Origin: Nitrospira sp.
GTDB lineage: Bacteria > Nitrospirota > Nitrospiria > Nitrospirales > Nitrospiraceae
Direction: 5' to 3'
Assembly (NCBI GenBank): GCA_024330965.1
Contig: JANDJL010000003.1
Location: 95,579-159,578 of the forward strand
DNA: 64,000 nt
Below, piece by piece: positions 17,743 to 27,347 of the stretch (its first letter is position 1; each line of letters opens with the position of its first letter). Under the pieces are notes generated by a model. It ran no database searches, was not told where the DNA came from, and saw only the letters and a program-made list of their open reading frames with translations. The position numbers were made by a program, and so were the translations under genes.

Positions 17743-19077
17743 TTACTTGCCGTAGAGGGTGGCGGCTGACGCGTCGAAGATATATTTCGTGATCAACGTT
17801 CCTGGTGTAAAAGGCTCCGAGCCCTTTTCCCATACGACGGTGAGATTACCGTCCGTTCGTCCCATGCCTTGGGTGGGGGATTTGGTCGCGTCCCGTTCCA
17901 CCAGAATTTCGACCTGTTTTCCAATATACCGCCGGTTGCGCTCACGGCTGATCCCACGCTGGATTTCCACCAAGGTTGCCACACGGGCCCCTTTGGTCTG
18001 CTCGGGAACGTCGTCTCGGTATTTTCTGGCGGCGATGGTATGTTTGCGCTCGGAATATTTGAAGATGTAGGCGGACTCAAATTGAACCTGTTCCATTACC
18101 CGTTGGGTCTCCCAAAAATCGTCATCCGACTCCGAACAGAACCCGCAAATGATATCGGTGGTGAGGGTCACATTTGGGATGGTGGATCGAATCCGGTCGA
18201 CGAGTGCTAGATAGTCGGCGGATGAATAGGTGCGTCCCATCAGTTCCAGGATCCGGTCGCTGCCTGATTGCAGGGGGAGGTGGATGTGTTTGCAGATCTT
18301 CGGGTGGGTCGCAATGGCCTGAAGCAGCGCTGGAGGAAAGTCCTTGGGATGGGGAGAGGTGAACCGAACTCGATGGATGCCGGGCGTATCGGCCACGGCA
18401 CTGATCAAGCGGGCGAAGTCCCAGTCTCCATACCGATACGAATTGACATTTTGACCCAACAGGGTGATTTGGGTGAAGCCGCGGGCCGCGACGTCACGAG
18501 CCTCGGTCAGGACGGATTCGGGGGGCCGTGACCGTTCCCGTCCTCTGGTGTAGGGGACGACGCAGAACGAGCAGAAATTATCACACCCTCGCATGACGGT
18601 AATCCACGCATTGACCCCTTGATCCCGGTCGGGAAGAATTCCTTCGTAGGTTTCATACTCAGAAAGATCGAGTGCAAAGCCCCTTTGAGCGAACCCTTGT
18701 TCTTGTGCGGCGAGGGCATGTGCGAGCAGGGTGGGGAGTCGCCGATAGCCGTCGGGGCCGACCAAAATGTCGATGAGCGGTTCCTGTTCGGCCAATTCGC
18801 CTTTGAGGTTTTGTGCCATACAGCCCAACACGCCGATCACGAGGGGGCGCTGTTTTTTCCACTCCGTGAGTTCTGCCAACTGAGCGTAAATTTTCTGGTG
18901 GGCATTCTCGCGGATGGCACAGGTATTGAGGAGGAGCACGTCGGCCCGCTCGCGATCCTGGGTAAAGGAGAAGCCCTCGCCCTTCAAGAGGGCGCGGACC
19001 AACTCACTGTCCGACTCATTCATCTGGCAGCCGAACGTCTCAATGTGAACCAACGGGGAAGGTGAAGAATTGATCAT
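17743..19077 (-). CDS. miaB: tRNA-2-methylthio-N6-dimethylallyladenosine synthase
   Basis: Contains VHIETFGCQMNESDSE, the radical-SAM motif CDNFCSFCVVPYTRG and a C-terminal TRAM region. The ATG at 19077 (MINSSPS) lies 2 nt after the mtaB stop. Confidence 0.9.
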   Translation of the reverse strand: MINSSPSPLVHIETFGCQMNESDSELVRALLKGEGFSFTQDRERADVLLLNTCAIRENAHQKIYAQLAELTEWKKQRPLVIGVLGCMAQNLKGELAEQEPLIDILVGPDGYRRLPTLLAHALAAQEQGFAQRGFALDLSEYETYEGILPDRDQGVNAWITVMRGCDNFCSFCVVPYTRGRERSRPPESVLTEARDVAARGFTQITLLGQNVNSYRYGDWDFARLISAVADTPGIHRVRFTSPHPKDFPPALLQAIATHPKICKHIHLPLQSGSDRILELMGRTYSSADYLALVDRIRSTIPNVTLTTDIICGFCSESDDDFWETQRVMEQVQFESAYIFKYSERKHTIAARKYRDDVPEQTKGARVATLVEIQRGISRERNRRYIGKQVEILVERDATKSPTQGMGRTDGNLTVVWEKGSEPFTPGTLITKYIFDASAATLYGK

Positions 19078-19079
19078 GG

Positions 19080-20477
19080 TTAACAAGAGATCACCGGCAT
19101 CGCCGCTGGTTGGTGATGAGGAATGTAGCCGATAGCCCACCGTTCTGTTGCCGCAGTGATGGTCACCGGTTTAATTTGATTGTGCAGGTCGTCAGCGGCC
19201 GCCACCGCGACCCTGGTAAAATTTGGTGTGGTGCCATGGCGAAGTCCTTCCTGTGCACCTGTTTCAAACAGAACGGAGACGGTGGTTCCAATCTGCCGAT
19301 GATGGAAAGCCAGTTGCTTTGCCTGCCCGATCTCCCGGAGGATCTCGACCCGCTTGCCGATGGCCGAAGATGGTACCGTCCGTTTCATACGGACGGCGGC
19401 GGTTCCCGGTCTCGGCGAATAAGGAAAGACATGGAAATAGGAAAAAGGCAGGTCCGTCGCGACAGAGACGGTGTTGCGGAAGGCGGTTTCGGTTTCTCCG
19501 GGAAACCCCACCATCAAGTCGGTCCCCAGCCCGAGTTGAGGGATTTTGGCGACGGCCCGCTGGATCAAATCAACATAGGCCTTGACCGTGTGACGGCGGT
19601 TCATGGCTTTGAGGATGCCATCGTCTCCGCTCTGCAAGGGAATATGGAGTGAGGGGCAAAATTTCGAGGAACCGGCCAAAAGATCCAGGAGCTCGTCGCC
19701 GACGGTCGTGGGTTCGATCGATGAAATACGGATGCGATCGATGCCGTTGACTTGTTCGAGGCGGCGGAGGAGGCTGCAAAGATCATGGCCCTCATGGACG
19801 TATCGCCCGATATTCACCCCGGTCAACACGATTTCCCGATAACCGCGCTCGGCCAGGCCGGTTGCCTCTTCCAGGATGTCCTCGAGTCTTCTGCTCCGCT
19901 CGTGCCCTCGCGAAAACGGAATGATGCAAAAGCTGCACATGGCGTTACAGCCGTCCTGGATCTTGAGGGGCGCTCTGGTTGAATCCGGCTCGCCGAAGTA
20001 AGGGAGATCGAAGTCTTGGCGCGATAGCGTCTTGGTATGGAGAATTTCGGGCGAACGGCGTTTCTCCAACTCATCGGCCGGGGGCAGATACGACGGCAGA
20101 TCCAGTTTGAATTGGTTGCCGACGACCAAGTCGATGCCGGCCTCGCGTGTGAGCCGCTCCAAGCCTATTTGAGCGTAACAGCCGGTCACGGCGATGAACG
20201 CATGGGGGGAGTGTTTGAGGGTTTTGCGGATCAGATACCGCGACGTGCGTTCGGCGTCTTCCGTCACAGCACAGGTGTTGAGCACGAGCAGGTCGGTCGG
20301 CCGACCGAATTCAACCAACTCAAACCCTTTCCGGCGAAGGCCTTCCCCCAGCACGGCGGACTCCGCGTGGTTCAATCGGCACCCCAACGTATGAAGCGAT
20401 GCCCGGCGGCTTACCATAAGAGGGGCATTATAGAGATGGCGCTCCCGTTCCAGCAAGCGTTTGGCAAGCACATCCAT
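19080..20477 (-). CDS. mtaB: radical-SAM methylthiotransferase, MtaB type (ms2t6A)
   Basis: Contains LHTLGCRLNHAES and CNAMCSFCIIPFSRGHERS. Start is 20477 (MDVLAK) or 20417 (MVSRRA). Confidence 0.8.
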   Translation of the reverse strand: MDVLAKRLLERERHLYNAPLMVSRRASLHTLGCRLNHAESAVLGEGLRRKGFELVEFGRPTDLLVLNTCAVTEDAERTSRYLIRKTLKHSPHAFIAVTGCYAQIGLERLTREAGIDLVVGNQFKLDLPSYLPPADELEKRRSPEILHTKTLSRQDFDLPYFGEPDSTRAPLKIQDGCNAMCSFCIIPFSRGHERSRRLEDILEEATGLAERGYREIVLTGVNIGRYVHEGHDLCSLLRRLEQVNGIDRIRISSIEPTTVGDELLDLLAGSSKFCPSLHIPLQSGDDGILKAMNRRHTVKAYVDLIQRAVAKIPQLGLGTDLMVGFPGETETAFRNTVSVATDLPFSYFHVFPYSPRPGTAAVRMKRTVPSSAIGKRVEILREIGQAKQLAFHHRQIGTTVSVLFETGAQEGLRHGTTPNFTRVAVAAADDLHNQIKPVTITAATERWAIGYIPHHQPAAMPVISC

Positions 20478-20607
20478 CGCTCTGTTTTGCGGGTTATTCG
20501 ATCCTTTGCACGCACAGTACCTACGTGGTAGGATGCGCCGCCCACAGAATCCCGGCTGCCCATTCGGGCTGAGAAAGTGAGCTGAAGAGAACACTGGGGG
20601 GATCACG

Positions 20608-21030
20608 ATGGCCTATCGGCTGCTTTCCACTCTCGTCTTTTCCACCGTGCTGGCCTGGTCCACCGTGTTAGCCTGGGTCTCGTCGCCGACATGGGCCCAT
20701 GATCAGCTTCCCGTCGAACCAGATGTGAGCACCCGCCTGGATGAGCTCTATGACCATGAGGCCCGGCTCTTTATTGCGCTCTATTCTCTGGCCGGGGACG
20801 GTCGGATCGATTATGTGACGGCCAGATTGGTACGGGAATATGCCCGCAGCGCCTACGGGAATCCCGTCTACCAAACGGAGGCTCAGCCCATCTTTTATTG
20901 GTGGAATCACACGATGTGGAATGATCCTGAGCAGGATGGAGTCAACGGCAACGAAAGGGTCTATCAAGAGAATACGGACTTCGATAGTTCACGGTATAAA
21001 CCCTGTCTGTTCAACGGACAGCCCTGCTGA
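20608..21030 (+). CDS. exported hypothetical protein
   Basis: 140-aa ORF. The signal peptide carries a duplicated STVLAW unit and an AHD cleavage-like site. Confidence 0.55.
   Translation: MAYRLLSTLVFSTVLAWSTVLAWVSSPTWAHDQLPVEPDVSTRLDELYDHEARLFIALYSLAGDGRIDYVTARLVREYARSAYGNPVYQTEAQPIFYWWNHTMWNDPEQDGVNGNERVYQENTDFDSSRYKPCLFNGQPC
20641..20676 (+). repeat. 18-bp tandem duplication inside the signal-peptide coding region
   Basis: tccaccgtgctggcctgg is followed by tccaccgtgttagcctgg. The two differences convert CTG to TTA, both Leu. Confidence 0.9.
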
Positions 21031-21145
21031 CCTGGTTTTCCCCTCTCGTCCTTCGCCTCGTGCGTTTCACGATTCTGCTGAAAAAGTGATGCCGGCGCAT
21101 GATAAGCTGCTTCCGCGCATGAGCTTTTGATGTGAGCGTCGCCGC

Positions 21146-22411
21146 GTGATCGATCCGCCGTCCCCCTCCAGATTCTTCATGAATCGGCGTCTCGCCGTGA
21201 TGTTGCCATTGGGCTTCGCGTCCGGCTTGCCCCTGGCGCTGACTGCCGGCACGTTACAGGCCTGGCTGACGGTAGAGGGCGTCGATCTCAAAACGATCGG
21301 CATGTTTACGCTGGTCGGTCTTCCCTATACGCTCAAATTCCTTTGGGCTCCGCTGATGGATCGCATTGTCCCTCCATGGCTGGGACGGCGTCGCGGATGG
21401 ATGGTGTTGACGCAATCCTGTGTTGCGGTCGGGTTGGCCTCGATGGCGGCGACCGGTCCGCGCGATCATCCGGAAACGTTGGCGATCGTGGCGTTGTCGG
21501 TGGCATTTTTCTCGGCCTCGTTGGACATCGTCTTCGACGCCTACCGTACGGAAACGCTTCATCCCCATGAACGGGGGTTGGGCGCGGCGATCTGGGTCAA
21601 CGGGTACCGGATAGCTCTGTTGGTCGCCGGCGCCGGCGCCTTGATGCTGGCCGACTTTGTCGGCTGGCAGGCGACCTATCTTGTCATGGCGGCCATCATG
21701 GCGGCGGGGCTTGCCGCGATCGTGGTGAGCCCGGAACCGATTCGGCTCGCCGATCCTCCCCGGAGCCTCGCCGAAGCCGTGGGCGCCCCCGTCAGAGAAT
21801 TTTTCTCCAGGCCCCATGCGGTAGGATTCTTGGCCGTGGTCATGTTGTATAAGCTCGGCGACGCCTTTGCCTCTTCCCTCCAGACCGCGTTTCTTATCGG
21901 AGGGGTCGGGTTCTCGTCCGGGGAAGTCGGCACGGTGAAAGGGGTCGGGATCTTCGCCACGCTTGCCGGGGCGTTGCTCGGAGGGGCGATGATGACGAGG
22001 ATGAGCCTCGTTTCCTCACTCTTGATCTTTGGCCTGTTGCAAGCGGTGTCAAATCTAGGGTTTGCCATCGTGGCCGTAATGGAGAAAAGCGCCGCCGTTC
22101 TAACAGCGGCGATCGTGATCGAAAACGTGACGGGTGGAATGGGAACGGCAGCCTTTGTGGCGTTGGTGATGTCACTGTGTGACCCACGCTACACGGCGAC
22201 CCAGTTCGCGCTGCTGTCGTCTCTTGAGGCGTTGGGGCGAGTCTTCGCTGGCCGGCCGTCCGCCGGTCTCGTAGAAACGGTCGGATGGGTAGAGTTCTTT
22301 GTCCTAACCTTTGTGGTGGCATTGCCGGGTCTCTTGGCAGTCTGGTCTCTCAGACGTCATCTTGAGCCGGAGGAAAGGAACGACACTCCGGGCCTGCCTC
22401 ACGCTGTATGA
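21146..22411 (+). CDS. ampG: muropeptide MFS permease AmpG
   Basis: LPLGFASGLPLALT...LQAWL...VGLPYTLKFLWAPLMDR is characteristic of AmpG. The start could be the ATG at 21179. Confidence 0.85.
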   Translation: MIDPPSPSRFFMNRRLAVMLPLGFASGLPLALTAGTLQAWLTVEGVDLKTIGMFTLVGLPYTLKFLWAPLMDRIVPPWLGRRRGWMVLTQSCVAVGLASMAATGPRDHPETLAIVALSVAFFSASLDIVFDAYRTETLHPHERGLGAAIWVNGYRIALLVAGAGALMLADFVGWQATYLVMAAIMAAGLAAIVVSPEPIRLADPPRSLAEAVGAPVREFFSRPHAVGFLAVVMLYKLGDAFASSLQTAFLIGGVGFSSGEVGTVKGVGIFATLAGALLGGAMMTRMSLVSSLLIFGLLQAVSNLGFAIVAVMEKSAAVLTAAIVIENVTGGMGTAAFVALVMSLCDPRYTATQFALLSSLEALGRVFAGRPSAGLVETVGWVEFFVLTFVVALPGLLAVWSLRRHLEPEERNDTPGLPHAV

Positions 22412-22501
22412 TTCCAAATCCGAGTCGGGCGGAGGTCTGACTTAGCCGGATAGCGAAGATAAATAAATGTACAAAAGGGTTGGAGAATTTCAGAGCACGA
22501 G

Positions 22502-22882
22502 ATGAGTCTTACCCGCTTAGCCTTCCTGGTGGTAATCCTTGCCGGAGCGGTCTGGTTGGCATGGTCGAATCCGACGATGGATGACTACATTCGGTTCGTC
22601 GAGTTGGAAATCCATCGAGCGCTCGATCGATTGGATGAACGCACTTCTGCACGGGGTCAACGGTTCGTGCACGAGGTCATTCGCACGCAGAGCCGGCAAC
22701 TCGTGGACGGCGTCATTCGACCCGCGACGATTCGGAAAAATTGGGGGCTTTTGAGTTGGTATGAAACCCTGGTAGCCAGGACCAAGGTGGTCGTGCTCGG
22801 AGTCGCTGGCCGGTTTATCCCGATCAGCGGAATGGAGGAGGCGACAAAAAAAGTCGAACGGCTGCTGCAAGAAAGGTCCTGA
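22502..22882 (+). CDS. small membrane-anchored protein (DUF4359-like)
   Basis: 126-aa ORF with an N-terminal TM helix followed by NPTMDDYIRFV...RKNWGLLSWYET. The family call is from memory. Confidence 0.5.
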   Translation: MSLTRLAFLVVILAGAVWLAWSNPTMDDYIRFVELEIHRALDRLDERTSARGQRFVHEVIRTQSRQLVDGVIRPATIRKNWGLLSWYETLVARTKVVVLGVAGRFIPISGMEEATKKVERLLQERS

Positions 22883-22906
22883 TTTGTCCCGCCCATCTAG
22901 CGCTTC

Positions 22907-22915
22907 TGTGGATAA
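22907..22915 (-). promoter_or_regulatory. DnaA-box consensus TTATCCACA (perfect)
   Basis: The plus strand reads tgtggataa, whose reverse complement is TTATCCACA. Confidence 0.5.
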
Positions 22916-22960
22916 TAGGCTCCAATCAGGGGTACAATGGCCTCTAAACAACAGGGTCGA

Positions 22961-22969
22961 CTATCCACA
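22961..22969 (+). promoter_or_regulatory. DnaA-box-like CTATCCACA (8/9)
   Basis: Read directly. Together with 22906-22914 it forms the 9-bp inverted repeat CTGTGGATA...TATCCACAG. Confidence 0.4.
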
Positions 22970-22995
22970 GCTTCCCCCCAAATTTCACAGGAGAA

Positions 22996-23011
22996 CCACT
23001 ATATTTAGTGT
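22996..23011. promoter_or_regulatory. NrdR box 1 (CCACTATATTTAGTGT)
   Basis: It has CACTA / TAGTG palindromic arms around an AT core, resembling the NrdR operator consensus acaCwAtATaTwGtgt. It lies upstream of nrdJ. Confidence 0.6.
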
Positions 23012-23039
23012 TGACAAAAAAAGTTGGTAGCTATATGTA
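23011..23039 (+). promoter_or_regulatory. sigma70-like promoter of nrdJ (TTGACA-17 nt-TATGTA)
   Basis: The -35 TTGACA is at 23011-23016 and the -10 TATGTA at 23034-23039. Both overlap the two NrdR boxes. Confidence 0.5.
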
Positions 23040-23043
23040 GTCT
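23028..23043. promoter_or_regulatory. NrdR box 2 (TAGCTATATGTAGTCT)
   Basis: Same CTATAT core, offset 32 bp from box 1 (about 3 helical turns). This matches the usual tandem NrdR arrangement. Confidence 0.5.
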
Positions 23044-23239
23044 CTCCACGGTTGAGAGCCGTAATAAAAATAAAAAGACAGAAGTGACAAAGATCAAAGA
23101 TGACAAGCTGGCAATCTTTTCCCTCCGTGTCGTGTGGCGGTGAACCCATGGGGTACACAACAAAGGGTAAAGGGTAATTGACCAGTGACAAGTTGTGGTT
23201 GAGTGTGCAGGTGTTTCTGTCTCTACAAGGAGGAATCCC

Positions 23240-26200
23240 GTGAGGATTGAACGAAGATTCACCCATCGCGGTCGAAGTCCCTATGACGGGATCACATTCG
23301 TCAAACGGTCGTCCGAGATTCGCGAGCCGGACGGGTCAGTCGTATTCAAGCTGGACAACATCGACGTACCCGAGCAGTGGTCTCAATTGGCCGTTGATAT
23401 CTTGGCGCAGAAGTATTTTAGAAAAGCCGGTGTTCCCCAGCGAGATGAACAGGGACAGATCCTCAAGGGGCCGGACGGGAGGCCCCTGCTGGGGGGAGAA
23501 CGTGATGCCCGGCAGGTTTTCGAACGGATGGCTGGATGTTGGACGCACTGGGGAAAATCGTACGGCTATTTCACGACGCCGGAGGATGCCGACGCCTTCC
23601 ACGACGAGTTGTGTTACATGCTGGCGCGGCAGATGGCTGCTCCGAATTCCCCGCAGTGGTTCAACACGGGCCTCCATTATGCCTATGGATTGTCGGGGCC
23701 GGCGCAGGGGCACTATTACGTCGATCCTGCCACCCGCGAGGTCGTCAAGGCGACGAACGCGTTCGAACATCCCCAGCCCCATGCCTGTTTCATCCAGTCG
23801 ATCGAGGACGATCTGGTCAACGAAAACGGCATCATGGATCTCTGGGTTCGCGAAGCCAGATTATTCAAGTACGGCTCCGGGACCGGTACTAACTTCTCCA
23901 AACTGCGAGGCGAGGGGGAGGGATTGTCCGGGGGAGGAAAATCGTCCGGCTTAATGTCGTTTCTCAAGATCGGCGATCGGGCCGCCGGCGCGATTAAATC
24001 GGGTGGAACAACCAGGCGTGCCGCCAAGATGGTATGCCTGGATCTTGACCATCCTGATATAGAAGAGTTTATCGAGTGGAAAGTCATTGAAGAACAGAAG
24101 GTCGCGGCGATGGTGACCGGGTCGAAAATTTGCGCGCAACGCCTGAACGGTGTGCTGAAGGCCTGCCACATCGTCGATGGCCAAGGGGTCTTGAAGCTGG
24201 ATCTCGATCCCAAGACGAATTCAGTCTTGCGAGAAGCCCTGGCGCTGGCGCGAAGAGACATGGTGCCGGAGGCCTATATCCAGCGAATGTTTTCCTATGC
24301 GCAGCAGGGGTTCACCCACTTCGTCTTTCACGAATACGACACCAACTGGGACGGCAAGGCCTATCAAACCGTGTCGGGGCAGAATTCAAACAATAGCGTG
24401 AGAATACCTAACGAGTTTTTCGCCGCGCTCGACGCCGACGGCGAGTGGCATCTCACACGCCGGATCGACGGCAAGGTTTGCAAAACCCTCAAGGCCCGCG
24501 ACTTGTGGGATCGGATCGCCTGGGCCGCATGGACATGTGCGGATCCCGGAACCCAGTACGACACGACGATCAACGAATGGCATACGTGCCCGGAAGATGG
24601 CCGCATCAATGCGTCGAATCCCTGTTCGGAATACATGTTTTTGGACGATACGGCCTGTAATTTGGCATCGCTCAACCTGGCGGCCTTTTATACCGCCGAC
24701 GGTCGATTTGAGTTGGAAAATTTCCGGCACGCCGTGCGACTGTGGACGATCGTGTTGGAAATCAGCGTCTTGATGGCGTCGTTTCCCAGCCGGTCTATTG
24801 CCGAGAAGAGCTATCGGTTCAGAACGCTCGGTTTGGGGTATGCCAATTTGGGGACGGTGTTGATGCGTCAAGGGATTCCCTATGATTCGCCCAAAGCCCG
24901 CGCGATCTGCGGCGCCCTCAGCGCCATCATGACCGGTGAGGCCTACAGTACGTCGGCGGAAATGGCCGCCGAATTGGGACCGTTCCCGGGCTACGCGAAA
25001 AACCGTGATCACATGCTGCGGGTGATCCGCAATCACCGCCGGGCGGCCTACAATGCGCCGCGCGAGGAATATGAGGGACTGACAATCAAACCAACGGGGA
25101 TTCAGCCGGAGCATTGCCCGCCCGATCTGCTGATTGCCGCCAGGCGGGCGTGGGATCGAGCGCTTGAGCTGGGGACAGCTTACGGATATCGCAATGCGCA
25201 GGTGACGGTCATCGCGCCGACTGGGACGATCGGGTTGGTGATGGATTGCGATACCACCGGAATCGAGCCGGACTTTGCCCTGGTGAAGTTTAAGAAATTG
25301 GCCGGCGGCGGATACTTTAAGATCATCAATCAGAGCTTGCCCCTCGCATTGTCGACACTGGGATACACGGACGGACAAGTCCAGGACATCGTGCGCTACT
25401 GTGTCGGCGCGCAAACCCTCAAACAGGCGCCGTTCATCAACCATGAATCGTTGCGGTCGAAGGGGTTCGACGATGAGGCACTGGCCCGTCTTGAAAGCAG
25501 CCTGGCCCAGGCGTTTGATATCCAGTTCGCCTTTAACAAGTTCGTGTTGGGAGAGTCCTTTTGCACGGAGAAATTGGGTTTCAGCGAAAGCCAATTGAAC
25601 ACCCCCTCTTTCAACATGCTCAAATCGCTCGGCTTCACGCAGGAGGAAATCGCCGCCGCCAATGATTTTTGCTGCGGTACGATGACGGTGGAGGGGGCGC
25701 CGCATTTGAAGGCCGAGCACCTTCCGGTCTTCGACTGCGCCAATCGCTGTGGTCGAATCGGGCGCCGCGCTATCGCCGTTGACGCCCACATCCGTATGAT
25801 GGCTGCGGCCCAGCCGTTCATCAGCGGTGCAATCAGCAAAACGATCAATATGCCGCATGACGCCACGGTCGAAGACGTCAAGAACGCCTATCGGCTGGCC
25901 TGGGAAAGCATGGTGAAGGCGGTGGCGATTTATCGAGACGGGTCGAAACTGAGCCAGCCGTTAAGCGCCTCGACCGATAGTGGAAAAACGGCAGAGGCGG
26001 CTGGTGCAGTGGAGGCGGTCGCGGAGAAGGTGACCGAGCGCGTGCTGGTCCGATACCTTGCCAAGCGGCGGCCGTTGCCGAGCCGGCGGAACGGCTATAC
26101 GCAGAAGGCGATCATCGGCGGTCACAAATTGTATCTCCGAACCGGCGAATATGAGGATGGGACCATCGGAGAAATCTTCCTCGATATGCACAAGGAAGGG

Positions 26201-26767
26201 GCGGCGTTCCGAAGCCTCATGAATTGTTTTGCCATCGCCATTTCTCTCGGCTTACAACACGGCGTACCGCTCGAAGAATTTGTCGAAGCGTTCGTCTTTA
26301 CCAGGTTCGAGCCCAACGGACCGGTCAAGTTGAACGACCGTATCAAAATGTCGACCTCGATCATCGACTACATTTTCCGAGAGTTGGCGATCACGTATTT
26401 GGACCGCTATGACCTGGCGCAGGTCAAGGAAGAAGACCTGCGGATGGATTCGATGAAAAAGGACGATGGAGATCCCGAGTGCGTGGAAGAGGAGGCGGAC
26501 CTCAAAGCCTTGTCCACATCCGCGGTCATCACCGAGCACCTGCCTGTTCGTCGGAACGGCGGAAAAAGCAGGAATCGCGAAAATGGGCGTAATGTCGCCA
26601 GACAGGTTGAGATCAGACGGGAGACCCTCACCTTGACGGAGGTGCAGAGCGCCAAGGTGAAGGGATATGAGGGAGACCCCTGCCCCGAGTGCAAACAGTT
26701 CACGATGGTGCGCAACGGCACGTGCCTGAAATGCGTCAGTTGCGGCGCCACGAGTGGGTGCTCATGA
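23240..26767 (+). CDS. nrdJ: adenosylcobalamin-dependent ribonucleotide reductase (class II, long form)
   Basis: GTG at 23240 follows an AAGGAGG SD (23227-23233). [11 protein letters not shown]...FVKRSSEI is the class II N-terminal domain. Also contains [21 protein letters not shown], the [10 protein letters not shown] region and a C-terminal Cys ribbon CPECKQ...CLKCVSCG. Confidence 0.95.
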   Translation: MRIERRFTHRGRSPYDGITFVKRSSEIREPDGSVVFKLDNIDVPEQWSQLAVDILAQKYFRKAGVPQRDEQGQILKGPDGRPLLGGERDARQVFERMAGCWTHWGKSYGYFTTPEDADAFHDELCYMLARQMAAPNSPQWFNTGLHYAYGLSGPAQGHYYVDPATREVVKATNAFEHPQPHACFIQSIEDDLVNENGIMDLWVREARLFKYGSGTGTNFSKLRGEGEGLSGGGKSSGLMSFLKIGDRAAGAIKSGGTTRRAAKMVCLDLDHPDIEEFIEWKVIEEQKVAAMVTGSKICAQRLNGVLKACHIVDGQGVLKLDLDPKTNSVLREALALARRDMVPEAYIQRMFSYAQQGFTHFVFHEYDTNWDGKAYQTVSGQNSNNSVRIPNEFFAALDADGEWHLTRRIDGKVCKTLKARDLWDRIAWAAWTCADPGTQYDTTINEWHTCPEDGRINASNPCSEYMFLDDTACNLASLNLAAFYTADGRFELENFRHAVRLWTIVLEISVLMASFPSRSIAEKSYRFRTLGLGYANLGTVLMRQGIPYDSPKARAICGALSAIMTGEAYSTSAEMAAELGPFPGYAKNRDHMLRVIRNHRRAAYNAPREEYEGLTIKPTGIQPEHCPPDLLIAARRAWDRALELGTAYGYRNAQVTVIAPTGTIGLVMDCDTTGIEPDFALVKFKKLAGGGYFKIINQSLPLALSTLGYTDGQVQDIVRYCVGAQTLKQAPFINHESLRSKGFDDEALARLESSLAQAFDIQFAFNKFVLGESFCTEKLGFSESQLNTPSFNMLKSLGFTQEEIAAANDFCCGTMTVEGAPHLKAEHLPVFDCANRCGRIGRRAIAVDAHIRMMAAAQPFISGAISKTINMPHDATVEDVKNAYRLAWESMVKAVAIYRDGSKLSQPLSASTDSGKTAEAAGAVEAVAEKVTERVLVRYLAKRRPLPSRRNGYTQKAIIGGHKLYLRTGEYEDGTIGEIFLDMHKEGAAFRSLMNCFAIAISLGLQHGVPLEEFVEAFVFTRFEPNGPVKLNDRIKMSTSIIDYIFRELAITYLDRYDLAQVKEEDLRMDSMKKDDGDPECVEEEADLKALSTSAVITEHLPVRRNGGKSRNRENGRNVARQVEIRRETLTLTEVQSAKVKGYEGDPCPECKQFTMVRNGTCLKCVSCGATSGCS

Positions 26768-26933
26768 GTCGTTCATTTCTGGCTATGGCTGGTGAGTTCC
26801 GGAAAGAACGTGGTTCATACGCGTGATGGCTGGAAGTGAGCTGATCGGTTTCCGGAAAGATTGAAAAGGCGGAGCATCTGGATTAAGGAATAGAGGGGCG
26901 GTTGCGGAGAAACAAGAAAAAGGAGCAGGGAAT

Positions 26934-27344
26934 ATGCCAACCACCACGCAGTTTGTCGTCAGTAGCCTCAGTAAGCCCGGTGTGCTGGCCAAAGTGGCGT
27001 CGGTCTTGGGTGAGGCCGGGGTCAATATCAAGGCGTTTTCCGCGCCGGAGGTCACGGGCAGGGGTAAACTTCGGCTGCTGGTTGCCGACGTTGAAGGGGC
27101 GCGGGCCGCGCTCAAGGCGGCGAAGATCCGGTTTACCGAGGAGACGGCACTGTTGCTCAGTCTCGAGAATAAACCGGGTGCGCTCAAAGAAGTGGCCGAT
27201 TTGTTGAACAAGCATCGTATCAACATTAAATGCGGTTACTGTACGCCGTCCAGGGAGGGGAAACGAGCCATTGTCGTGCTGACGGTTTCCAATACGAACA
27301 AGGCGTTGACGGTCCTTCGCAATCAATCCCTTGATGAGTTTTGA
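26934..27344 (+). CDS. tandem ACT-domain protein
   Basis: 136-aa ORF with two ACT-like units (SKPGVLAKVASVLGEAGVNI and NKPGALKEVADLLNKHRINI). Confidence 0.8.
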   Translation: MPTTTQFVVSSLSKPGVLAKVASVLGEAGVNIKAFSAPEVTGRGKLRLLVADVEGARAALKAAKIRFTEETALLLSLENKPGALKEVADLLNKHRINIKCGYCTPSREGKRAIVVLTVSNTNKALTVLRNQSLDEF

Positions 27345-27347
27345 CCC

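Noticed and set aside
23044-23239. A cobalamin riboswitch in the nrdJ leader.
   Set aside because: No B12-box (GCCACUG-like) or conserved AGGGAA/GGUG core was found. Biologically, B12 riboswitches usually repress B12-independent RNRs, not nrdJ.
22880-23240. A chromosomal replication origin (AT-rich stretch plus DnaA boxes).
   Set aside because: Only two DnaA-box matches are present. There is no dnaA, dnaN or gidA nearby and no repeated AT-rich 13-mer-like units. The boxes are better explained as promoter-proximal regulatory sites for nrdJ.
23240-26767. An intein or mobile insertion explaining the large size (1176 aa) of NrdJ.
   Set aside because: No intein block motifs were seen (Cys/Ser-start splice junction, TxxH, or terminal HN followed by a nucleophile). 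The sequence is continuous long-form class II RNR with the usual N-terminal domain and C-terminal Cys ribbon.
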